Assembly (NCBI GenBank): GCA_050949565.1
Contig: JBMNFY010000014.1
Span: 1-45,830 of the forward strand
Length of the DNA stretch: 45,830 nt
Reading direction: 5' to 3'
Origin: Kiritimatiellia bacterium
Lineage (GTDB): Bacteria; Verrucomicrobiota; Kiritimatiellia; RFP12; UBA1067
Part shown: positions 39,301 through 45,830 of the stretch, piece by piece
Numbering within the stretch: position 1 is the stretch's first letter
Layout of the letters: every line of letters begins with the position of its first letter
Notes under the pieces: generated by a model
What the model was told of the DNA's origin: nothing
The model's database searches: none
The model's input: only the letters and a program-made list of their open reading frames with translations
Translations under genes and position numbers: made by a program

Positions 39301-39481
39301 TTTCCATGTCCTCGGGCGATGCGCCGAGCCAGGTGGTCTGGATCGTGATATAGGGAATATCCACGCTCGGCAGGAACTCGAGGGAGAGTTTGCGCCAGGT
39401 GTTTAATCCCAGCGCGATCAGCGCGATGAGCATACAACTCACAGCGACGGGGCGTTTGGTGGAGGCATTGGCCAGGAACAT
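36395..39481 (-). CDS. RND efflux permease (AcrB/MdtC-like) with degenerate proton-relay motifs
   Basis: 1028 aa; KRPVA start, GASPEDMEKDVAKHIEDAVSGLDG, FTLTPILCA, MIPLATG; two large periplasmic domains. Confidence 0.92.
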   Translation of the reverse strand: MFLANASTKRPVAVSCMLIALIALGLNTWRKLSLEFLPSVDIPYITIQTTWLGASPEDMEKDVAKHIEDAVSGLDGLKHVFSSCQENISLVVLQFEMGVDVNVAADDVREKLDAVLPDLPETADRPIIEKVDINAVPVASMFLTGDIPVDELYDYADNTLDDRFSTVRGVEKIELTGGNEREVWVELDRDKVVAAGLTSWDIVTALRNSIVNVPGGRIREAGSEYNVRFYAEYDTVEEIETLEVATRDGRRRTLKDLGSVRVAPEEVRERAFLDGRQGVAMRVVKKSEGNTVTVVKESRKRYEEVIKTLPPGMELIWVDDDARNVQASVDATIEDILSGILLCAAILFLFLVNIRATFVIALTMPVTIIISLFFMGLAGYTLNQSTLLAIGLSVGILVSNSIVVLENVVKRFDDIPDRWEAARVGTSEVAVAVLASAGTNVVVMLPITMMTSMVGRFFAPFAGTTLIVNAASILVSFTLTPILCALIMRPASQRKQNWATRFGGRWVDFVQRYGRLHAVILRRIIERRWLAALIVLGGILLFVGTLKICGQRISMGFVENNDYGKIFVRLEFPPYYDLEHTVERVHEIEKLFEPLQDRLRTFSLVGRAEAHSGQANQGVYLAMIILLFTDKTERDWTIFDRVEEVRGLLAHETDVIATAAVPSAATGTQSLQLDMVLKGDDLDVLDRTALRIQERFLALDGVGIIDTNVRDPKREVRVLPKRAVMADIGVTPEMLAWTVRANVEGIEAADYKRGDRTYDIRVKFDEIPGREQVREFLLPTKDGQAVTLETVADVRDALMKVMIFRHDKQRAVKIVGDITQDAKLGDVRNRLMQTVRDENMLPPGYTLEFSGISEDMGEAIADFSEAILLATFLTLLTLAAMLESFRRMFLVLTTLPMGLIGVMWALDLTGSSASIFVQLGVVMLIGVVVNPAILIADKLGQNLAAGMVPHRALRNAMSEEFRAVLMVILASGIGMIPLATGTGIGSENRVGIGVASVGGIFMAGILTLTLLPVTYALFTGWRRKWRAK

Positions 39482-39534
39482 AAGTATAGGGGCGTTTAAG
39501 GGTTTAAGATTGAGGTGCCGGAAACGAGGTATGA

Positions 39535-40674
39535 TTAGCGGATGTCTACTGCGACACCGTCAGTGGCTTGGGATTGGCCTTCGACCAAAATCTGCTCGCC
39601 TTCCGCGAGGCCTTCTAGGATTTCGGTCCAGCCGTCATTGCGCAGGCCGGCTTTTACATCGCGCATGTTGGCCTTGCCGTCTTTGACGACAAAGACGACT
39701 GATCGGTTCAGACGCGCCACAATGGAGGCATCCGGTACAGCTAAGCCGTCACGTTTCTCGAACACGAAGGAGAATGAGGCCATGTTTCCGGGGATCGCTG
39801 CGGGATTGTTCTCGATCAGACCTTTCACTTCAAAGGTGCGCAGGATCGGATCGATCGTCGGGCTGCGGTAGACAATGGGATGAGAACCCAAGTCTTCTCT
39901 GTCTGCGGAGAGCCTGAAGGTGGCTTTGCCCGGCTCGGCCTCGGGGTAAAGCGTAGCCGGCAGATAGGCGACGGCCTCGACAACGGTAGGATCGTCGATG
40001 CGCAGGACAACCTGTCCGGCGGCGAGATGTTCGCCCGGCTCGGCCGCGCGTTTGTTGACGATGCCGGAGATCGGCGCGAAGATGCGCGTATCTTCCAGGT
40101 CTTTCTGCGCGATGCGCAGGGCGGCCTCGGCCTGCACGACCCGCGCTTCGGCGAGTTCCACTTCGGCCTTCGTCAGGCGCAGGGCTGCCTGAGTGACGAT
40201 ATACGCAGTTTCGTAAATCTCAAACTCGTTGTCGGTCACGGTGCCTTTTTCATGGAGGCGGCTGTAACGCTTGAAGTCCCGTTCGGCCTTCAGGCTTTCG
40301 GCTGCGGTTTTTTCCGATGCGGCACGGCTGACCGCACAGGCGGCGCGCGCTACGGCCAGATCTTGCTCGGCGGCGGTGACCGCATTGCTCTGTGCGACGG
40401 GATCGACCTGAAACAGGACGGTTTTTCCCGCTTCCACACGATCCCCGTCATCCACCCAAATAGCATCCAGGTTGCCGCCGGTGCGTGCGGCGACATTGGC
40501 GAAGTTCTTGGTCTGGAGCGAGCCTTGCACCAGAAAGCGCCGTTCAAAGGTGCGCGCCGCGACCGGCGTGACCTTGACAGGCAGCACCTGTTGCGCAAGC
40601 GATGTCGTAGCGGCGAGCGCGACCGACGCCAACAGCAGATTCATAGGTTTGATAGCAGGTAGGGATACGTGCAT
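39535..40674 (-). CDS. RND periplasmic adaptor (membrane fusion protein)
   Basis: VDDGDRVEAG lipoyl-like motif, helical hairpin, IFAPISG, VPDASI, VKAGLRNDGWTEILEGL. Confidence 0.9.
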   Translation of the reverse strand: MHVSLPAIKPMNLLLASVALAATTSLAQQVLPVKVTPVAARTFERRFLVQGSLQTKNFANVAARTGGNLDAIWVDDGDRVEAGKTVLFQVDPVAQSNAVTAAEQDLAVARAACAVSRAASEKTAAESLKAERDFKRYSRLHEKGTVTDNEFEIYETAYIVTQAALRLTKAEVELAEARVVQAEAALRIAQKDLEDTRIFAPISGIVNKRAAEPGEHLAAGQVVLRIDDPTVVEAVAYLPATLYPEAEPGKATFRLSADREDLGSHPIVYRSPTIDPILRTFEVKGLIENNPAAIPGNMASFSFVFEKRDGLAVPDASIVARLNRSVVFVVKDGKANMRDVKAGLRNDGWTEILEGLAEGEQILVEGQSQATDGVAVDIR

Positions 40675-40677
40675 GAT

Positions 40678-42057
40678 TTATTCTTCCTTCTTTAAATCGG
40701 TTTCGGGGAGGAGGGTCGTGCCCATGGCCAAGTCCAAAGTGGCGCGGGCGATCGCTTCCTGATAGCGTGTTTGTACGAGAATAACCTGAGCGGTGTCGCG
40801 TTCGGCTTCGGCCTCGAGGCTGTCCTTGGCCGGGATCAAGCCGGCGCGCATCTTTTCGCGGTAGTCGTTGCTTTTGAGGTCGAAGGCATGGTGGTTCTGG
40901 GTCGCGACGCGGTAAGCATCCGTCGCGTCCTGTATCCCCATGTGCGCGCGGGTCACCTCCAGCATGATGCTGAGAAAGAGAGATTCACGGCTCAATTCAG
41001 CGGACGTGCGCTCGACCTTGGACGAGCGGTAACGCGCGACATTGGCAAAGCCGTCAAAGAGCTTCCAGGTTCCGGCAAGTCCCAGCTTCCAGTTGTGCAG
41101 GCGGTCCATCGACGTGTTGTCGGCATAGGTGCCGGTCCAGAATCCCATCACATTGGGCAGGAAATCGCAGAAGGCTTGGCGGACCTGATGGTTGCGCACG
41201 ACCACATTCCGATCAGCCATCGCAAGTTCCGGGTGGCTGGAAAGTGCTTGCAATACACGCTCTTCAAGGGTGGTGTCCGGTAGGGCGGATTCGTCAGGGG
41301 CACCCGCCAGCGTGATGGAGGCATCCGGCGCAAGCCCCAGTGTGAGGAGCAAAGCACCGCGCGCGGTGACGAGTCCGCGCTCCGCCTGCGACAGGGCGGC
41401 GGCGCGATCTTCGTAGCGGGCACGCGCCAGCTCCCGTTCCCATGTAGTGCTCATGCCCTCGGCGGCCAAGCTGTCGATGCGGCGGAAGGTCTCCTGCGCG
41501 GCATCCCGCTGCGCGGTGAGCGCATTGATGATCTCCTCTTGAACGAGGCATGTGTAATAATCGCGGGTGGTCTCCAGCACGATGACCTGCCGGACGTAGT
41601 GCGCGGCGACTGCGGCAATCTCCGTCTGCTGGCGACGCGCGGCGTAGAGGAACCAGACCGAAGGGGTGAGGATCGGCACATCGACATTGAGCGCGGCATC
41701 GCTGTAGGAGCGGCGCTCGAACGCCATGAGGCCGCCACCAACTGTGTTGGGGAAGCGGTTGCGCGTGGCCGAGGCGGCCAACGTCATTTTCGGCAGGAAC
41801 TCCGAGAACGCGATGTCTTTGCCAAGGCGGGCGAGCTCGTGCCGCAGGTCAGCTTGGCGGGCCTCGTAGTTGTTTGTCATCGCGATCGTCACGCAGTCCT
41901 GCAAAGAGAGCGGCTGCGCCAACAGGGCGGCGGTCTGCGCGTCGAGGTCATGCCGGAAATCTTCGGTATGCTCGCTCCGCGTCTGCTGTGCGTCATAGGT
42001 CTTGCATCCACACCATGTGAGGACGATCAAAGAAAGAAAAATAGGCTTAAGATTCAT
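40678..42057 (-). CDS. TolC-family outer membrane efflux lipoprotein
   Basis: Lipobox-like TWCGC; LSLQDCVTIAMTNN, HPEL, FLP, LFDGF, LDLAMG duplicated OEP motifs. Confidence 0.88.
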   Translation of the reverse strand: MNLKPIFLSLIVLTWCGCKTYDAQQTRSEHTEDFRHDLDAQTAALLAQPLSLQDCVTIAMTNNYEARQADLRHELARLGKDIAFSEFLPKMTLAASATRNRFPNTVGGGLMAFERRSYSDAALNVDVPILTPSVWFLYAARRQQTEIAAVAAHYVRQVIVLETTRDYYTCLVQEEIINALTAQRDAAQETFRRIDSLAAEGMSTTWERELARARYEDRAAALSQAERGLVTARGALLLTLGLAPDASITLAGAPDESALPDTTLEERVLQALSSHPELAMADRNVVVRNHQVRQAFCDFLPNVMGFWTGTYADNTSMDRLHNWKLGLAGTWKLFDGFANVARYRSSKVERTSAELSRESLFLSIMLEVTRAHMGIQDATDAYRVATQNHHAFDLKSNDYREKMRAGLIPAKDSLEAEAERDTAQVILVQTRYQEAIARATLDLAMGTTLLPETDLKKEE

Positions 42058-42106
42058 TGTCAACGTTCATGGTTTACCGGGCCTATCCCGGGTTGAATGG
42101 GGCGAG

Positions 42107-42135
42107 ATAATACAGGTTCGGATTATCCGAATCAA
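42107..42135 (-). promoter_or_regulatory. Sigma70 promoter of the efflux operon with perfect palindromic operator (probable MarR site)
   Basis: Minus strand TTGATT(42130-35)-N17-TATTAT(42107-12); TTCGGAT-T-ATCCGAA palindrome at 42117-42131. Confidence 0.75.
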
Positions 42136-42149
42136 GACCAATTTCATGA

Positions 42150-43015
42150 TTTTTTTAACGTAGAGACGGGGAGACGCAGAGGGTGATTTTTGGGAGGCAA
42201 TGCTCGGGTTTTTTAACGCAGAGGCGCCAAGAACGACAAGGGGCATGATTTTCATGAAGTTTCATGTGTTTCATGGTTCGGGTTTGTTTAACGCAGAGAC
42301 GCAGAGGTGTGGCACGGGCATCTTGCCCGTGTTTCATGGGCGGGACGCCCATGCCACAAGGTTTTTGGGGCGGCAGTCGCAGGTCGCGAGTCGAATGTCG
42401 CGGGTCAACCTCTCTTGTTGCGGCCACGCAGTGGCTCGCAACCGTGAGAGTAAAAGCGCTGCTCGGTTTTTATTTTGGAGTGCGAGTGACAAGAGACGCG
42501 CTGTGCGCGGGTCGCGGCACCGCTTTCCAGCCCGTTTACGCTAAAGCGGCGTCGCGCGGAATACCGCTTGCCGCCGCAAAATCATTTACCAGACTTGCGA
42601 GTATCGTAAATTGGGTTTCGGGCTCCGCCCGCGTTGATGCATTAATTTGAGAGTTGAAAGCGTTTTGTCTTCCGCGCTGTGCGCGGAGCCTAAGCCCCGA
42701 AGGGGCGGTTTCATCTTAGCCCAGGGCAAGCGAAGCGCCGCCCTGGGTGACGGGGAAGAATGGCATTGTGGCCTGAAGGGCCACTTCAAAAGCGACCGGC
42801 GGCGCGGGTTTGAAGTGCCCCTTCAGGGCACGTGGATGCGGGGAACGGTACCCGGGGCTGCGCTTCGCTTGCCCCGGGCTATGGTGTATCCGGCCCGTTG
42901 GGCCGGTGGGCGGTCCGAGACGTCCCGCCCTACTTTGTCGCACACAGATCCTTTCGCTCGATTTGCGGTCACGCTGCTACACCGTAAAAACTCTGCGTCT
43001 CTGCGTTAAAAAAAC
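42150..43015. repeat. Mosaic repeat block 5 (largest, ~860 bp, non-coding)
   Basis: Several AACGCAGAG modules, REP-like double hairpin (~42308-42357), ~90-bp element (42372-42457), hairpin 42611-42636, long nested palindrome ~42693-42905 (CCCAGGGCAAGCGAAGCGCCGCCCTGGG / CCCGGGGCTGCGCTTCGCTTGCCCCGGG flanking CCTGAAGGGCCACTTCAAA..TTTGAAGTGCCCTTCAGG). Confidence 0.9.
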
Positions 43016-43038
43016 GAGCAATGCAAATCAAAGATCGG

Positions 43039-43710
43039 TCACTTCTGCGTGTGCGCTGCGATCTGGAGGCTCATCAAGGCCCAGAATCCGCCGATCAAGC
43101 CAGACACGTGTGACTGTAGCGCTGTGGGCAGGCTGTAGATCACGATCAGGCTGGGAATCCAGACTACCCAGTTCATCACCAGATTAGGGATCACCAGACG
43201 CCGGTACCAGCCCCTGCCCAATAGCGGAGCAATCGCTGACCAGCGGTAGCCGCGGTCTTTCCACAGATGTGTGATTGCGATATAGGGCGACGCGAAAAAA
43301 GCGGTGTAGCCGAATTGATCCGTGATGATCTTCAGCGTCAAGGTGCGGACATCCGTCCCCGCGCCGTATAGATATGTTTGCAATCTGTAGAACTGCGGCA
43401 GGATCAGTCCGGCGACCGACCAGACGCCCAAGGCAAAAAGTAGTGCTTTGCCCGGCTCCTTCGGTCGCAGCGAAGGCATCGCCAGACAGAACAGGTAGGG
43501 GATGATGCCACAGAAAAAGAGATAGCTCGCAAACGAAAATGGAATGCCGTAACGCACCTGCCATTCGGCAACAGTATCCAACGCCCGCGCCACGCCGGGC
43601 AGAAAATAGTAGGCGGCCAGCAGAGCAAAGGCCGCGCCCTGTAAAATCAGTCCCGGCACCAGATTGGCGCGCGCGGCTTTCAAGCCGATGATCCACGGAT
43701 TTGTTTCCAT
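43039..43710 (-). CDS. Mpv17/PMP22-like integral membrane protein
   Basis: Several TM helices; KIITDQFGY and NWVVWIP..IYSLP..LQ resemble Mpv17/PMP22 motifs. Confidence 0.65.
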   Translation of the reverse strand: METNPWIIGLKAARANLVPGLILQGAAFALLAAYYFLPGVARALDTVAEWQVRYGIPFSFASYLFFCGIIPYLFCLAMPSLRPKEPGKALLFALGVWSVAGLILPQFYRLQTYLYGAGTDVRTLTLKIITDQFGYTAFFASPYIAITHLWKDRGYRWSAIAPLLGRGWYRRLVIPNLVMNWVVWIPSLIVIYSLPTALQSHVSGLIGGFWALMSLQIAAHTQK

Positions 43711-43766
43711 CCGCGTGAGTATAAACGATTTGCTCCCGCATGGTCAAAGCTCATGCGGACGCCATT

Positions 43767-43812
43767 GTCCTAACGCGGGCGTCCTAACGCGGGCGGAACC
43801 CGTAACCCCAAA
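43767..43812. repeat. Hairpin repeat copy with 14-bp tandem duplication
   Basis: GTCCTAACGCGGGC x2 (43767-43794) then GGAACCCGTAACCCCAAA; same family as 3778-3804, 35401-35430 and 42611-42636. Confidence 0.8.
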
Positions 43813-43882
43813 TCTTACCTTCATGGCAAAACTTGTTTTTTATTGGCCTCGCCGGACGATAAGGTACTGCCCCGCCCTGCTG

Positions 43883-44707
43883 TCACGCCGCTTCATGCGC
43901 CTTTCTCCGCCGCAAGACGAGCCACGCCGCTACCACTGCGACAATCCCCGCGATGATGGCGAACGCGACTTTCACGGGGCTTCTAGCGGGCACGTCACCC
44001 GGTAACGGCGGCAGATCGGGAAAACGCTTGCGCAGGTCAGTGCGCTGTTTTGGAGGGATTTTGTCGAAGTGCGCCTTGATGGGGTTGAAGTTGTTCGTCA
44101 TGTACTCGTTGCCGGTGTTGGCGTACCGGACCAGTGTCGCCCGTTGCTTGCTGTTGGTGTATCCCGGGAGAAAGTCGCGCAAAAAGAACTCAGCATCAAG
44201 CGCATCTCCCGCGCTATCCGTATTCTGAACAATCGTAAGCAAGTGAGTGCAGACGTCACTTTTCACCTCGTCTGTCAAAGATTTCTCCTCCGACTTCACC
44301 TTCTGTAGGAAAAATTTGTTCACGTAGTCGTACCATGACCTCAAGGAAGGGTCATCATAAAGTTTTCGCATCAGATTCAAGCTCTCCTCCACGTCTGCAA
44401 TTTTGACGTACGCTCTCGCGGCGGCAGAGCGGATGCGCTTGGACATTTCGGGATCGAGGCTTTCCTCCTCCAGAAACGGAAGCACTTCGCGCCCGCCCTT
44501 TTCCCCGACAGCGACAATCAGCGCGGATGCGGCACCCACATTGTAATTCGAGCCGGCCCGAAAATTCGCTTTAAACCTACTGTATACCTCAAACATTTCA
44601 GACAGCGGGCGGCGCGAATAATCCGCGTAATCGCTGGCCGCAACCGACACGGAGTAAAGAATGACCGTGCAAACAATCAGGTAGCACGATATTTGACGTG
44701 CATTCAT
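43883..44707 (-). CDS. Exported helical-repeat protein with C-terminal membrane anchor (candidate immunity protein, paralog 1)
   Basis: AAGGAGG RBS; signal peptide (..ILYSVSVAA); LPFLEE / AA..YVKIADVEE shared with 45182 ORF; C-terminal RFPDLPPLP-TM-RRRK. Confidence 0.75.
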   Translation of the reverse strand: MNARQISCYLIVCTVILYSVSVAASDYADYSRRPLSEMFEVYSRFKANFRAGSNYNVGAASALIVAVGEKGGREVLPFLEEESLDPEMSKRIRSAAARAYVKIADVEESLNLMRKLYDDPSLRSWYDYVNKFFLQKVKSEEKSLTDEVKSDVCTHLLTIVQNTDSAGDALDAEFFLRDFLPGYTNSKQRATLVRYANTGNEYMTNNFNPIKAHFDKIPPKQRTDLRKRFPDLPPLPGDVPARSPVKVAFAIIAGIVAVVAAWLVLRRRKAHEAA

Positions 44708-44718
44708 TTTCATCCTCC

Positions 44719-45177
44719 TTAATGACTTCCCGGGGTTTTTACAATAGACGACTGGCCCACCTTGGCAGGGCCTAGAATGAGCGATGTCCCGCCGCCACCC
44801 GGACCGTGATGCCACCCACGGACATCCCCCGATGGCAGATCGGTGCCAGCGTCTTCCTGCGAGGTGAGAAACGAGCGCATGACGAGCCTTTTGATCAGGC
44901 CGTGCTGGAGCACCCACGGGTTGTAATAACCGCCGCCCCAGTCGGCGGGAATGCTCTGCTCCGCGACCAGTTCTAAAAGAGGATTCCCTTGGTCATCCGC
45001 AATATAGATGTCCTCAAGCCCGCAGTCGTGCAACACCTCGTGCGCGATGGTTCTGCTACCTACACCGCTTGCGATCGCGATCCCCTTTGGGCGACGCACA
45101 CCGGCAGTCGTCTCTCTGTTCAGCGTGTCCACGAAGTAGAGTTCCACCGCGTTGCCCATGCTGTTCGTGTTGTCCAT
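44719..45177 (-). CDS. Orphan zinc metallopeptidase domain (candidate polymorphic-toxin tip)
   Basis: AHEVLHDCGLED = HExxHxxGxxD, with downstream LVM (possible Met-turn); no signal peptide or obvious RBS; lies between two paralogous genes. Confidence 0.7.
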   Translation of the reverse strand: MDNTNSMGNAVELYFVDTLNRETTAGVRRPKGIAIASGVGSRTIAHEVLHDCGLEDIYIADDQGNPLLELVAEQSIPADWGGGYYNPWVLQHGLIKRLVMRSFLTSQEDAGTDLPSGDVRGWHHGPGGGGTSLILGPAKVGQSSIVKTPGSH

Positions 45178-45181
45178 GCTG

Positions 45182-45830
45182 TCACGCCGCTTTGCGCACC
45201 TTCCTCCGCCGAGCGGCGAGCCACGCCGCTACAGCGCACACCGCGAGCGCGACAAACCCCGCGATGATGGCGAACGCGACTTTCATGCGGCCTCTAGCGG
45301 GCACGTCATCCGGCAACGGCGGCAGATCGGGGAAACGCTTACGCAAATCGATGCGCTGTTCCGGGGGAAATTGCGTAACACTTTCATGGATAAGCCTGTA
45401 GTGCCTGTCCACCTTTTCATTTTCGCCTCCGAGAAAACGTTGGGCCACATCCATTCGTTGCCAGCTTTGACGGTAACCCTCGCACTTTTGAGCCAAAAAC
45501 TCGTCAATTTTAGAAGCTTCCGAGGGATTTGCCGGTGCTTGCATGTGTTCGAGAAGGATGAGCAACGCGCGTTGTTTGATCGCATCCGAGGTTTCTTCGG
45601 CGTCGAAAGCGGCTCCGATTTTTGCCAAGAATTGACGGCTGACCGAAAAACGCCAAAAACCTTTGTCATCGTTGACGCCAAAAGCTTTTCTCATGAACTC
45701 AATGCACTCCTCCACATCCGCGATCTTGACATACACTTCAGCAGCGCGTCCACGGATAAAACTAGGAGCATTCGTCATGAAGCTTTTCTCCTCCAAAAAC
45801 GGGAGGGCTTCCCGGTCGAGGGTTTTCACG
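45182..45830 (-). CDS. Paralog 2 of the membrane-anchored helical protein (5' end outside window)
   Basis: REALPFLEEKS, IRGRAAEVYVKIADVEE; C-terminal DLRKRFPDLPPLPDDVPAR..KVAFAIIAG..AAWL..RRRK nearly identical to the 43883 ORF. Confidence 0.75.
   Translation of the reverse strand, partial: VKTLDREALPFLEEKSFMTNAPSFIRGRAAEVYVKIADVEECIEFMRKAFGVNDDKGFWRFSVSRQFLAKIGAAFDAEETSDAIKQRALLILLEHMQAPANPSEASKIDEFLAQKCEGYRQSWQRMDVAQRFLGGENEKVDRHYRLIHESVTQFPPEQRIDLRKRFPDLPPLPDDVPARGRMKVAFAIIAGFVALAVCAVAAWLAARRRKVRKAA

Noticed and set aside
42150-43015. Repeat blocks as a CRISPR array
   Set aside because: No constant-length direct repeat with unique, regularly sized spacers; the modules recur elsewhere in the window; no cas genes
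43883-44917. 344-aa ORF with long N-terminal extension
   Set aside because: The extension overlaps the peptidase ORF in another frame; a strong AAGGAGG RBS and signal peptide support a start at 44707 (or 44713)
1-45830. tRNA, rRNA, riboswitch, integrase or transposase genes
   Set aside because: None recognised by eye; covariance-model and HMM searches were not run, so small structured RNAs cannot be excluded

Overview
GC-rich bacterial chromosomal window. A PVC-group anaerobe such as Kiritimatiellia is my guess from gene content and repeat style, not a demonstrated assignment. In order it holds: the 3' part of dnaJ, rsmE, and an AOX/PTOX-like di-iron protein; a long minus-strand run (speA, Tat-exported Gfo/Idh/MocA oxidoreductase, larA-etfB-etfA-lctD lactate module, polyprenyl synthase, MAT2B/RmlD-like SDR); a PAS hybrid kinase; and a ~6.7 kb foreign-looking segment (15516-22218) with three hypothetical ORFs and an ArsR/permease/thioredoxin/CcdA/Acr3/ArsM arsenic cluster, with broken genes on both sides of both junctions. 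After that come a 5'-truncated phoB-like gene, a phoR-like kinase, a HAD hydrolase, and a V/A-type ATPase operon (E-C-A-B-D-I-K, Na+-type K subunit) interrupted by two small two-gene cassettes (AAA ATPase + DUF3226-like; MNT + HEPN). The window ends with a TolC-MFP-RND-MarR efflux operon whose RND lacks the usual proton-relay residues, an Mpv17-like gene, and a tandem array of an orphan zinc-metallopeptidase domain between two paralogous membrane-anchored proteins. Intergenic regions contain dense, modular mosaics of short repeats and palindromes with apparent filled and empty sites. Five apparent frameshifts in conserved genes suggest long-read consensus errors. No rRNA, tRNA or CRISPR array was recognised. 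All family assignments are by motif recognition; no searches were run.
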